DNA of 46,886 bases from a bacterium (GTDB lineage: Bacteria > SAR324 > NAC60-12). The notes beneath the pieces were generated by a model. The model saw only the letters and a list, made by a program, of their open reading frames with translations. It made no database searches and was not told where the DNA came from. The stretch lies in contig CBDDTI010000717.1 of assembly GCA_965233585.1 (NCBI GenBank), positions 1 to 46,886 of the forward strand, read 5' to 3'. A program made the position numbers and the translations under genes. This document shows, one piece after another, positions 27,501-40,429 of the stretch; position 1 is the stretch's first letter; the number at the start of each line of letters is the position of its first letter.

Positions 27501-29720
27501 GAGCCCTTGAACCTTGACCTCGGGGCAATCAGCAGCCACCCATGAGGACAGCACAAGCAGGGATTCTTATGTTTCTTGATCAAATTCTGAACTTTCTCAT
27601 TGCACAGCACACCCAAGACATGCCCCCACCAATACTCAAAGCTTGAATGACAACATCACCCTGCGCATCTGTTCCCTGATCAGATGCGAGATCAGATGCG
27701 AGATGAGCACGTCTGCCACACTTGATTCAGTCGTTCTGCTGCACCTTGACTGGGCCCCCAAGCTGACGCAGGGACCGGAAGGCCCGTCCAATGGCAAAAC
27801 GGGCGCTTGGCAGTGCAAGTCTGTGAGAGCCTTGTTCGAACCTGGATCCCAAAATGTTGAGGCTTTGAAGGGGAAATCCCCACCCAACGAGACTGTGTGA
27901 CTTCCTTATAAATCTGCTGGTTAGTCGGCGATGCAGCATTTAATCGAGCGGAACAAAAAGAAGGACCGATAGCTAGTGTCTGTTCCCTTCACATGGCTCG
28001 ATAAAGTTGATGCAAGAGTGCGCGTGGTGGACTGTATGTGCAAAGTGTGTGCAACCCATGTGACATCTAACATGCACCCAGCAGCAGCTTGCAGAGATTC
28101 ATGTGATAATCCCATTTTGGTCAAATCTTCTTGGACTTCTGATTGGTTGCCACTGGGTTCCCTCGATACATGTGTCAACTATGGAGCATTTGCGATGCAT
28201 GCACTTGCAGGGTGCAAGCTCCTGTTAAAGTGCTGCGTCACATCATCAGTAAAGTGAAGATTTTTACTGACTAGTGCAGTGCTGGGACTGTCCTCCTCCG
28301 ATTTGAGTCTTTGAATTTTCCGTGGAATTCCTGAGGTGCTGTTCTTCCTTGACTTTTTGGGATTACTACAATTATTCGTCTTCGAAGATTTCCGGCCAGA
28401 TCTTTTTCGATAACTCGGGCCCATCAGATGCTGCAACGCCGCTTTCGGGCGCTCAAGGTGAGGAGACAGAGGCATCAAAGTGGGCCATGAGCCTGCCACC
28501 GTCAAGGGTCTTTAATGATTAAATATCCAGTTGAATTCAGTTCTTTTAAGTCTTTGTAGCTATAATGCCCATGTGATCTGGATAGTTCAAAAAGAACCAT
28601 CTAAAAGACCTAAATCAACCCTTGCTGCTGATGCCTCTCTTCAAATACATCCATGTTGCCCGGAAATATATCCTGACAACAACCGTCTCTGGTGAGGTCC
28701 GCCCACCACCTGGCAATTGACTTGATCCCCTAAAAATCAAAATATATGTTTCAGGCAGACGGATTCTGATTAAGTATATAATGTACATATGTTTTCAGAA
28801 TTGATGCTGGCAATTGCGGGTTGGATTTATTGGAAGACAGGCTACCTGAACTGAATCAACTAATGTATCTATCGTTGTTGATTATTTGCTGTATTTCAAA
28901 GCCCTGCCGAGTTCGAAGTGCCCCAAATCATATTCTGTCGCAGCTAGGATTGACATATCTTGTCTGTCCCAGGGGTCGCTCAGAGCTAGCGTTTGCCAAG
29001 GCATGTTGAACGATGGAGCTATAGCCGCACTGCAAGGATGGATGGAAAATGGAAAATATAGGTTGATAACCACAACTAACCAACAACTCGCAATTCCAGC
29101 ACTTTTTTCGACCTGCCTATTCGAACAAACCACGATGAAGAATGCCCACCTGCAACTTAAAGAGGGTTCAACTGCTCAAAAAAGCGAGATAAGAATCTGT
29201 CCCCATCTGGGACTGGATCAAAACTTCAAAGAAGTCCATCTCTGTGGCCTCTACACAGGCCGACGCCTCTATGAGCCCATCTGAGTCTCCTGGCGGAATG
29301 GGAAACTACGGGCGGTCGCACAAATGGCACAGGGGTTTGGCTCTGCGCTACGGTGGGAAAAATTCGGGTTGGTAGGATGAAGACTGGACTCCAAAAAAGG
29401 GCGATGTCGTAATGTAGTTTCTTATCTTCAACCATCCAAACAGATTTTAGTTGGGTCTAAGCCTAAACGCACTTGACTTGACCTGGGAAACTGGGGTCGA
29501 ATATTGTTGCTGATCATTTCAAATGAAGTAAATGCGCCTGGTATGGATGAGATGAGCAAGGAACCGGGTACAGCATTCAATAGTACTCGAGGGAACATTC
29601 TGCGAAAAGTACATTTTGCATAAACAGCGAACAAAAACAAGGGGAAAACAGGAATCGGTGCAGAACTCGATCTTAAATACGGTTGCGTATGGTAGTTTTC
29701 ACTGGCATATGATATGGCAT

Positions 29721-30924
<1,204 letters not shown>

Positions 30925-31159
30925 ATATATATATATATTATATTATATATAATATTGCGCAATACCCTGCCTAACCAAAATCAGTTTGATGGTCCAGTCA
31001 CTGGTCCTGATGAATTGCCTAAAATATATGTCCATAGCCGATTTGCCTACCTTTGTTTAACAAAACAAGCGTTGTTTGCGCATGCGAATGTTGCCTGCCA
31101 CAAGTGAATTTCACAGCTAAGAATGTCTGTTACAAAATTTGGAAGCATTTTGTTGCAAC

Positions 31160-32040
31160 AAAAAAATGTTTCACATTGAGAATCTCTGTCATGAATTGCA
31201 TCCATTTCGGGGGGGCATTGTGCTTTAACCAAAAAAAGTGTCACATTGAGAACATCTGTGCTAAAGGCATCCATTTTGGGGGCACTTTGCCCTAAACAAA
31301 AAAGGGTTTTACATTGACAACCTCTGTCATAAGAGATACCATGTCGGGGGTATTTTGCAATGTCACATTGAGAACATCTGTGCTAAAGGCATCCATTTTG
31401 GGGGCACTTTGCCCTAACCAAAAAAAGGGTTTTACATTGACAACCTCTGTCATAAGAGATACCATGTCGGGGGTATTTTGCAATGTCACATTGAGAACAT
31501 CTGTGCTAAAGGCATCTATTTTGGGGGCACTTTGCCCTAACCAAAAAAGGGTTTTACATTGACAACCTCTGTCATAAGAGATACCATGTCGGGGGTATTT
31601 TGCAATGTCACATTGAGAACATCTGTGCTAAAGGCATCCATTTTGGGGGCACTTTGCCCTAACCAAAAAAGGGTTTTACATTGACAACCTCTGTCATAAG
31701 AGATACCATGTCGGGGGTATTTTGCAATGTCACATTGAGAACATCTGTGCTAAAGGCGTCCATTTTGGGGGCGCTTTGCCCTAACCAAAAAAGGGTTTTA
31801 CATTGACAACCTCTGTCATAAGAGATAGCATGTCGGGGGTATTTTGCAATGACACATCCATTTTGGGGGCACTTTGCCTTAACCAAAAAACGGATTTACA
31901 TTGACAACCTCTGTCATAAAAGATACCATGTCAGGGGTATTTTGCAATGTCACATTGAGAACATCTGTGCTAAAGGCATCCATTTTGGGTGCACTTTGCC
32001 CTAACCAAAAAAAGGGTTTTACATTGAAAACCTCTGTCAC
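31160..32040 (+). repeat. Tandem satellite of about 122 bp (about 6.5 copies), a dimer of two related subunits, with degenerate flanks to about 32520
   Basis: TGTCACATTGAG at 31239, 31361, 31484, 31606, 31728 and 31948. Confidence 0.93.
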
Positions 32041-32725
32041 AACAGAAAATCGAAGTTGACAACACCTTTCACACAAAAAGCATCCATGTGACGGGCATGA
32101 TGTTAAACAAAAAAGAGTCAAAAAACAACTTTGACATAAAAAGCATCTATTTGGGGGGCATTTTGTTTCAACAATAAAAGGGATTCAACATTGAGAACTG
32201 AGGCAGTCTTTGCCACATGGCACCCATTTCGGGTGCATTTCCGCTTCAAGACAAACAGGTTTTAGTTCCGAGAACATGTCTGTTATAGACTGCATCCATT
32301 TTGGGGCGATAATGCTATACAAAAGTGTTTCAATTGGTCACCAAGGGCATCATAGGGAATTCATTTGGGGGCATTTTTCAGCCAAAGAAGATCGATGGTG
32401 AAAACATGTCTGCCATACACGGCATCCGGCATCCATGTTGGGCGGTGTTAAATTTCCGTGCAAAAAGTGTTTCAATGCCGAGGACTTCTTCACCAAAGGC
32501 ATCAACTTTGGGGGCCGATTTCACAGAATTGGACTGCCCTAATGCCCTAATCACATCCAAGATCAATGATCACAATTTTGGATCTGCACGTGACATTCGA
32601 GTCAACTAGGCTTTCTTCAACTGAAATCGTTGAAATTCCTGGGCCGACAAATCATTATTAATCAGAATCTAGTGCCACTCCTTCAAATGGTCTTACATTG
32701 ACGCCAGAAGAAGACCAGGACCCAG

Positions 32726-33580
32726 AGGGTTTCTTTAGAGTTTCGTTTAGGGTTTCTTTAAGGTTTCAATTTAGGGTTTCTTTAGGGTTTCATTTAAGCT
32801 TTCTTTAGGGTTTCATTCCAAGCTTTCTTATCAGGATTTCTTTTCACGATTTCTAAACGTTCAAGTGGGTTCCTTTAGGGTTCCTTTCGGGTTTTATTTG
32901 GGGTGTCATTTAGGGTTTCTTTAGTTTTCGTTTAGGGTTTCATTTAGGGTTTCTTTAGAGTTTCAGTTTGGGTTTCATTTAGGGTCTCATTTAAGGTTTC
33001 TTTAGGGTTTCAATTTGGGGTTTGAATTGTGGGTTTCACTCAGGAGTTCATTTAAGCTTTCTTTAGGGTTTCATTCAAGGGTTTCTTATCCGGATTTCTT
33101 TTCACGATTTCAAAACGTTCAAGTGGGTTCCTTTAGGGTTCCTTTCGGGTTTTATTTGGGTGTCATTTAGGGTTTCTTTAGTTTTCGTTTAGGGTTTCAA
33201 ATAAGGTTTCATTTAGGGTTTCATTTAGGGTTTCTTTAGGGTTTCAGTTTGGGTTTCGTTCAGGGTTTCTTTAGGGTTTCAGTTTGGGTTTCGTTTAGGG
33301 TCTCATTTAAGGTTTCTTTAGGGTGTCAATTTAGGGTTTCAGCTATGGTGTCAGTTCAGGTTTCATTAGTTTTTTTTCAGAGTGTTGTTTAGGGTTTCTT
33401 TGGGATGTCATTTAGGGTTTCATTTAAAGTTTCTTTAGGGTTTCATTTATGGTTTCTTTTGGATTTTTTGATTTGTTCAGGGTTCATTTATGGTTTCTTT
33501 AGAGTTTCGTTTAGGTTTTAATGTAGGGTTTCTTATCAGGATTTCTTTAGGTTTCACCTAGGGTCTCTCTAGGGTTTCAT
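32726..33580 (+). repeat. Interstitial telomere-like minisatellite, TTTAGGGTTTC(A), 11-12-bp units
   Basis: Many perfect or degenerate TTTAGGG motifs separated by TTTC or TTTCA. Confidence 0.9.
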
Positions 33581-33599
33581 GTAGGATGCAAACAGAACA

Positions 33600-33870
33600 G
33601 ATTAAAGCAAAAGAAAATCAAAAACAAAGAGACAATAAAGACAGGAAGCAAAGAAGCAAAGGAGCAGGAAGTAGAGCAGCAAAAAACACATTGCTGAAAA
33701 AAAAGTAGTATAGTAGAAGTAGAAAGGCACATAAGTACAAAAGCAGAGAAGCAGGGAAAACAGAAAAGCAAAGAAGCAGGAAAGCAAAAAGAAGAAAAGC
33801 AGAGAAGCAGGGAAAGCAACAAGCAGAGAAGCAGGGAAAGCAGAAAATCAGAGAAACAGGAAAGCTTAGA
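33600..33870. repeat. Purine-rich low-complexity repeat (AAGCAGAGAAGCAGGG-like)
   Basis: Recurrent AAGCA motifs. Confidence 0.8.
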
Positions 33871-34346
33871 ACCAGGAACACCAACAAAAAATCCAAAACC
33901 TGCCGCGAAAAAACAAACAAACATAAATAGCCCTCCTTTAAGAAAGGGGGAAAAGGCGCACAATGTCCTCCACAGTTCAAGTTTGTTTTTTTTTTTTTGC
34001 GGTATGCAAACTAACATATCAATATAAATTCCGTTGTTTTGGTGGGTTGCCAATTTCAACCAGGAAATGATTGGGAACAGCTTCTTGGATGAGGATCGCC
34101 GAGATGCATCGAGATGCACCTTTTCATTGGCATGTCATTGATTTGACCGAGTTTCATTGTAACGATTTTGCACATTGGGGTCCAGCCATGTCCTACATTC
34201 ATTCGCTTGAATAGATGTGCATTAGTTGGCCCAAAAATCATCCAACAATACCGGGAAACAAAACGAAAATCCACGCTTCAAGCCTTGGCCAAACCAAAAA
34301 ATGCCCTGGTGAAACGTCCAGGAAGGTCACCTCTCACCCCAAAGAC

Positions 34347-34475
34347 CTCAGCCCGGCCTCAGCTTCCCCTGCTGCAGAGTAGGCTGTTCATGGACTGAAG
34401 CGTCTCCGGATGAATCGGAGTTGTGCTTCCCTCCAAGAGCTCGGCGGTTGAGGGCCTCCGCCGTCTCGGCCGTCT
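34347..34475 (-). pseudogene. Decayed TPR-repeat exon (kinesin light chain/NPHP3 type)
   Basis: Across frameshifts it reads AEALNRRAL / REAQL / PIHPETLQSMNSL / LQQGKL / AE, resembling AE.L.RRAL...E..LG..HP.TL.S.NNL. GT follows the end. Confidence 0.6.
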
Positions 34476-35581
34476 CGGGATGGCACCGTGAAGGGAAGAA
34501 AGGGAAGAAAGGTGAGCAACGGCCTTGAGTTTGGACTCCTTTGGACTGATGAAAAAGATGTCAAGTACAATTTTGTACCATGTAAATGCACACATAATTC
34601 AAAGCTTGAAGAATAAAACACAAAGTTCGATGAGTTGACATTTTAACATAATTTGGATATATTTGGATGTGTGCCATCTTCGTTCCAATCTTCCATTTGC
34701 ACATGAACTCCAACCTCAGAATGCATCTGTTCTGTGAAAACATGTTTTTTCGCTCAAACGCTTTGACAGCCTCAAACATCTCAGACTGAAACTTGCAACG
34801 CGGCACCTCGCGGCATCTCTTCTTTGCAAGCATCTTTTGCTAAACTTTGAGATGTCATGAGATGTACATGTAAACATGTTTTGGCACTTCCATACATGAC
34901 GCGATTTGAGATGATTTGCAGATTATTTGAGACGATTTGCGTAAAGTTGACATGTTCATGAAGTTCATGAAGTTCATGCATGATCGCACTTCTTTATATG
35001 AATAATTCTGAATAAACTGCTAAACTGCTACACTGTTGCCTACGTTTGGATCTCCGGAGGTTCTCACCGCCCCATGGCTCTTCAACGGAATGGGGACAGG
35101 TCCTACAGGTCCAACAGGTCCAGGTCGGGCATCCCTGTGTAGGGGTTAACCATGGGGATCCCCTCTATATGAGGCGCCATGGAACCACAGATTCTGGTCG
35201 TTTCGGGATACATCTTTCGTTGAATGTTCTTGAAACATGTTGAAACCATCCAATTTTGAATGGAAAATTCTGACCCATACCCAATGATGTAGCTGATATT
35301 ATATATATATTTATATTTAACATCATTTAACTAACTATAGATATGTGTTTTACCATTTTGACCATCATTTTTTGTTTCACCATTTTAGGGGTTCCCCTTG
35401 GGTTCCCCGTTGTACTTCGGTGTACCCGGAAGTGGATCCGGAAGGCCTGTCAATGCAAAACTGTAAGGGGAGTCCCAAAAAACACTTGTCAAATGCAATG
35501 AGAATCACATATAGAAGCCACTGTTGTTCCAGTAGAGAAGCCACTAAGCCACTGTTTTGACTCAGAAATGAACGGTGGATA

Positions 35582-35685
35582 ACTGTGGATTCTTGCGAAA
35601 TCCTGCACCACTTTTGGATGGTTGAAACCCATGGGCTTTTTACCACATCCCTCAACTGGTGTAGAATTTGGCAACCATCCACGGT
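35582..35685. mobile_element. MITE of about 105 bp (second copy 38839-38953)
   Basis: Imperfect 29-bp TIRs: ACTGTGGATTCTTGCGAAATCCTGCACCA versus TGGTGTAGAATTTGGCAACCATCCACGGT. Confidence 0.65.
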
Positions 35686-35821
35686 ATCGCATACATAAAT
35701 TATAGATGTATATCCCATCATATCCCACTATATTCCCATGGTACTTCCAGTAAATCCCGTGGTCAAATTGAGAAAAAAAACGGGGGACCTTTCGGAGGCT
35801 TCAGTCAACGATCCTACTGAC

Positions 35822-35872
35822 CTGCACTGCAGCTTCATCTTCAAGGATGTTGCCCTGGGAAGAACTGAGAAC
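35822..35872 (-). CDS. Duplicate 51-bp dynein heavy chain exon (VLSSSQGNILEDEAAVQ)
   Basis: Identical to 39090-39140, with CAG acceptor and GT donor intact. Confidence 0.65.
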
Positions 35873-38800
35873 CTGAGGCGTGAACTGTGAAGAACTCTGG
35901 TGATGGAACTTGTGAAAAATGGAATCACAAATACTGGTAAAATACATGTAAATTATACACAATTAGATCTAATCGGTGATTGCACCAAAAATGATTTTAT
36001 GATGATTAGATTAATGATTATATAATGGCATCCCCCTACCTAATATCAAACCCCCCAAAAATGGTCCCAAATTCGAGATCCTCCTGGAACAGTGTGCCTC
36101 ATCCTGAATGGAAAGGGATGTTTCAATTTTTGCCATCATTTTTATATTTTCATAGATGTTATAATTTTATCAAGGCAATGGAAAAGTTGTTTGCTGCAAT
36201 GTTGTGGCAATGTTTCATTTAAAAAAAAATCAACTTTAAAATGTCAGTGCCATGAAAATGAACCGTTCTAACCACTGAATGGTTTTAAAAAGTGTTTTCT
36301 CGGAAAACATGTGTGTTTTCATTCATTTTTTTTTTGAATAAAAACAAAAAAAAATTACATTTGTGTCATTTTTCGGAGATTCCATCCGTTGGGTTGCATC
36401 CATTGGGTTCCATCCGTTGTCAGCGTTGCCGGGAAGTGGACCTGGAAGGTCACTGGGTCCAAGGGTTCAACTTCGAGCTCATCTGATTGGTTTCAAAAGA
36501 ATTGCAACGATCTATTTTTTTTTCAAGATTTTTTTGAAAAAAACATTTTTTTTCAATCAATTTTTCCATAAAGAAACACGATTTTCCCAGCATGTCCATC
36601 ATTTTTTTCGCATTTAGAGTTCCACCATGTGGTCGACCATCCAAGTCGTCGCGTATCCCCACGGTCGAGCCCGACCTGGAACGGTCGGGTCCAAGTCCTC
36701 GAGCCATCATCTGTGGATTAACTAATTATAGTAATCACCATTATAACATGAACCTGTTAATTTTTATACCTGTTAATCCATTGTTATATCTAGTTAATTA
36801 ACCTGTTATACCATGAATAACAAGTGTCCGTCATTAATAGTTATATTAATATTAATGATACGATACATTAGTTTAAAAAAATATATTAGTTAATTAGTTA
36901 ATTAGTTAATATAACTGTTCCTAATAGTTATAACCTGTTATTAATGATACTATAATGAACCTGTGAAATATTATTGTTATCACTATGTTGTTTTTCTGTT
37001 ATGGTATGTTTTAAAAAATACTATGAACTATGATAATAATATTGATTTTGTTTTATATATGTCAATTGTCATTTTTTCATTATTTTTCTATTGTTTTTCC
37101 TGATTTTTTTCATGTGTTTCATTGTTTAGTACAGTATATGGTTCAGTAGTGTTTCTTTATTTTTTGTCAGTGTTTTGCGTTGTTTGTTCGTTGTTTTTTC
37201 AACGTTGTTCCTTCGGGTTTTTAGTGTTTTTCATTGTGTTTTTTTTATTTTCGATAGTTTTCCAAGTTTTGTCACCCGTTTACATTGTGTTGTTGAATGT
37301 TTTTAATTGTTTTAACTTCAACGTGTTCATTGTCTTTTCTTCGGAGATGTTCATTGCATTTCCATTTTTTCAAGTGCTGTTCATTGTATTTGATTAATTT
37401 TCCGGGTTTATGTGTTTCATTGTGTACCTCACAATGCTTTCATTTTTTCAAGGTTGTTCATTGTTTGTTTGTTGCTGGTTTTTGTTTATGTTCCAAATAA
37501 ATATTTAACTATAACTGTAGGTATTTTAAATATTTTGCCATTTTTGTTTGGCCAGCATTTTTTATATGTTCATAGGTGTTTTTGAATTTTTTTGAAATAA
37601 TATGTGTTTCACCATTTCGTGGGTTCCATCCGTTGTAGCCCGTTTTTCTGGTCAGTGTAGCCGGGAAGACCTGGAGGGCCTGCCACTGGGTCGATGTCCT
37701 CAAGCTCAGTGGATTATAATGATACTATAATATGATACTATAGGGTTTGTTGAACATCGTATGTTTGTGGGTTTTTGCGTATTTTTGCGGATTAGTTGCG
37801 TACTTTTGCTTTTTTTTTTGCGTACATTTTGTTTGTGGTTTGGAGCATTTGGGGATCAACACACTGCAATGTTTACAATACGACGGAAAAAGTTGCATGT
37901 ATTTTTGTCATTAGGGGCAGGTCGGTGGGACCATGCCTGAATAGTGGGGCGGATAAGCAGGAACAATATATTCTGTGTGTGCATATGTAGCAAACAGTTG
38001 CAAAACATATTGGTGTCTCTATTTCATGGAACAGAATTTATTGACCTGACACTCAACGTAGTTCCACAGGCAATCTTGATTACTCATGTCTAAATGACAA
38101 CCAAAAGTTCTTGCGCCACTTGATTTCTGAACGTTTGATCCAAATGTGCCAATCTGGCATGTTTACAAGATTAGCGCACTGTTTGCGCAGATTTGCGTTC
38201 CAAGTTCCAAGAGGACAGTTTTTTTGGTACTTTTGAAGGTCCAGGCAGGAAATTTTGAACAATTTATTGCTCACATTTTTTCTCCCACAGTTTTTTTTAT
38301 CATTTGCAAGGGGGTTCCAGCCGTTGTAGCCTGGAAGACCTGGAAGACCTGTGGGTCCAAGTCCTTGAGTTCATATAGATATAATTTTATCAAGGCCCAA
38401 TCATGGAAATGTTGTTGTTGCAATGTTGTGTATTTTTCATGTTTTTCAACTTTAAATGTCAGTGCCATGAAAATGAACCACTGAATGGTTTGAAAAGAAT
38501 TGCCATGATCTTTGCATTTTTTTTCAAAAAACATGTTATTTTCCAATCTTTCCAATATTTAGAGATAAAAACAATGGGGTTCCACCCCGTTGTCGTATTC
38601 CGTGGTAGGTCTGCGGTGTACCCCGGGAAGTGGACCCGGAAGGTCTGTCACTGGGTCCAAGTCCTTGAAGCCATGGATTTTCCCAGTCGAAACATGGTGA
38701 TTTTCGTTCAACGTTTACACTGAGAGTAAAAGGGGAGTAATCCGAGTCCCAAAAAAACACTTGTCAAATGCAATGAGAATCACATGTAGAAGCCACTGTT

Positions 38801-39089
38801 GAGTAGAGAAGCCACTAAGCCACTGTTTTGAGAAATGAACTGTGGATTCTTGCGAAATCCTGCACCACCTTTGGATGGTTGAAACATGTTGAAACCCATG
38901 TTTTTTTTTACCACATCCTTCAACTGGTGTAGAATTTGGCAACCATCCACGGTATCGCATACATAAATTATAGATGTATATCCCATTATATCCCACTGTA
39001 TTCCCATGGTACTTCCAGTAAATCCCATGGTCAAATTGAGAAAAAAACCGGGGGACCTTTCGGAGGCTTCATTCAACGATCCTACTGAC

Positions 39090-39140
39090 CTGCACTGCAG
39101 CTTCATCTTCAAGGATGTTGCCCTGGGAAGAACTGAGAAC
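39090..39140 (-). CDS. Dynein heavy chain exon, 51 bp, VLSSSQGNILEDEAAVQ
   Basis: CAG|...|GTCAGT, phase 0-0. Matches the conserved LS.S.GNILEDE motif in the C-terminal part of the motor domain. Confidence 0.8.
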
Positions 39141-39982
39141 CTGAGGCGTGAGCCGTGAACTGTGAAGAACTCTGGTGATGGAACTGGTGAAGAAAGAATG
39201 GCATCACAGATTCTGGTAGAATACATGTAAATATCACAATTGTATATTGGAGTAATGAAACAATATAATCGGTGATTGGACCAAACATGATTTTATGGTG
39301 ATTAGATTAATGATTAATGGCATCCCCCTAATATCAACCCCCCAAAATGGTCCCAAATATCTGCGAAATATTGGCGGATCCTTTGCATCGAGATCCTCCT
39401 GGAACAGCGTGCCTCATCCTGAATGGAAAGGGATGTTTTTTTTTTGCAATCCCTTCCCCCGCTCAAAAAAAAACACACCCGAAACGAAACCATGGTGGGT
39501 ATAGGGAATTTCCACATTGGGACCATAGACACGGGGTGTTTGATAAGTTTAATATGAACGGGTGATGGGATTATGGTTGATGATCTTCGTGGTGACCAAT
39601 CTCCTCGGAGTTGAGCAATCCGGAGATCATCTATTTGAACAGTTCTATGATTTGGTGGTTCACCAGGCATCATCATCTCATAGAATCTTGGAACCACTTG
39701 AACCAAGATTCTTTCAACTTTAATCAACTAATCCTTGAATTCATTTTGAGGTTCCGAATCCATTTGATTCATTGGGTACCACAAAAATTGAGTTAGCTGA
39801 TGCCAAATCTGGATAAATATAGTCTGGATAAACTGAAGTAGGATAATTACCATTTGATAACATGGGATAACCATTGGTATTACCACTATACAGTATATAC
39901 TGGACATTTCGGAAGAATTTTCCATTGGTACCACGAAGTTGTTCTGGTGATTTGGACTCTGCTTCCCATGCTGACCAGTGAC

Positions 39983-40029
39983 ATTCAGGATCTTATTCTC
40001 AGTGACTTCCAATTGCTCCTTGTTCTCAC
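39983..40029 (-). CDS. Dynein heavy chain exon, 47 bp, xENKEQLEVTENKILN
   Basis: CAG|...|GT. Splices in phase to the 39140 exon to give ENKEQLEVTENKILNVLSSSQGNILEDEAAVQ, similar to the recalled axonemal consensus ENK.QLKEIEDKILEVLSSSEGNILEDE. Confidence 0.78.
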
Positions 40030-40429
40030 CTGCGATGAGTCGATGAGAGATTTCAGCCCCGGTGAATTTCACCCCGATGCTTCACAAGCGGTTGGTGGTT
40101 ACGGAGCCCTTAATAAACCTTTATCATCGGGCTGTCACTTTTGGGGGAGCCTCCAAGTACCTAGAAGTACCTGGGCTACTATACTCATTATGACTTGGGA
40201 ATATCTCCTTTTCTGCTTGAAAGCAATTTCCCTATTCGCCATGGCTTCTCATAATCCCCAGTAAATTAGGTACTATAGATGGTACTAGTGTATAGATGAT
40301 GTATACAGTGGTGTCAACGGGTCTCACCCAGACCTATGGTTTGAAAAAATATAATATCTCCGTGGCTGTCTGAAAATTAGCTACCCATAGCTACCCCTAT
40401 AAAGGATGGTCAATGAAGATCTTCCATAG

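Larger units (their letters stand above)
35395..36125 (+). repeat. Local segmental duplication copy A (paralogue at about 38576-39445); 36150-36290 also matches 38370-38495
   Basis: Long near-identical stretches, for example GAGTCCCAAAAAA..CACTTGTCAAATGCAATGAGAATCAC through CTCATCCTGAATGGAAAGGGATGTTT. Confidence 0.9.
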
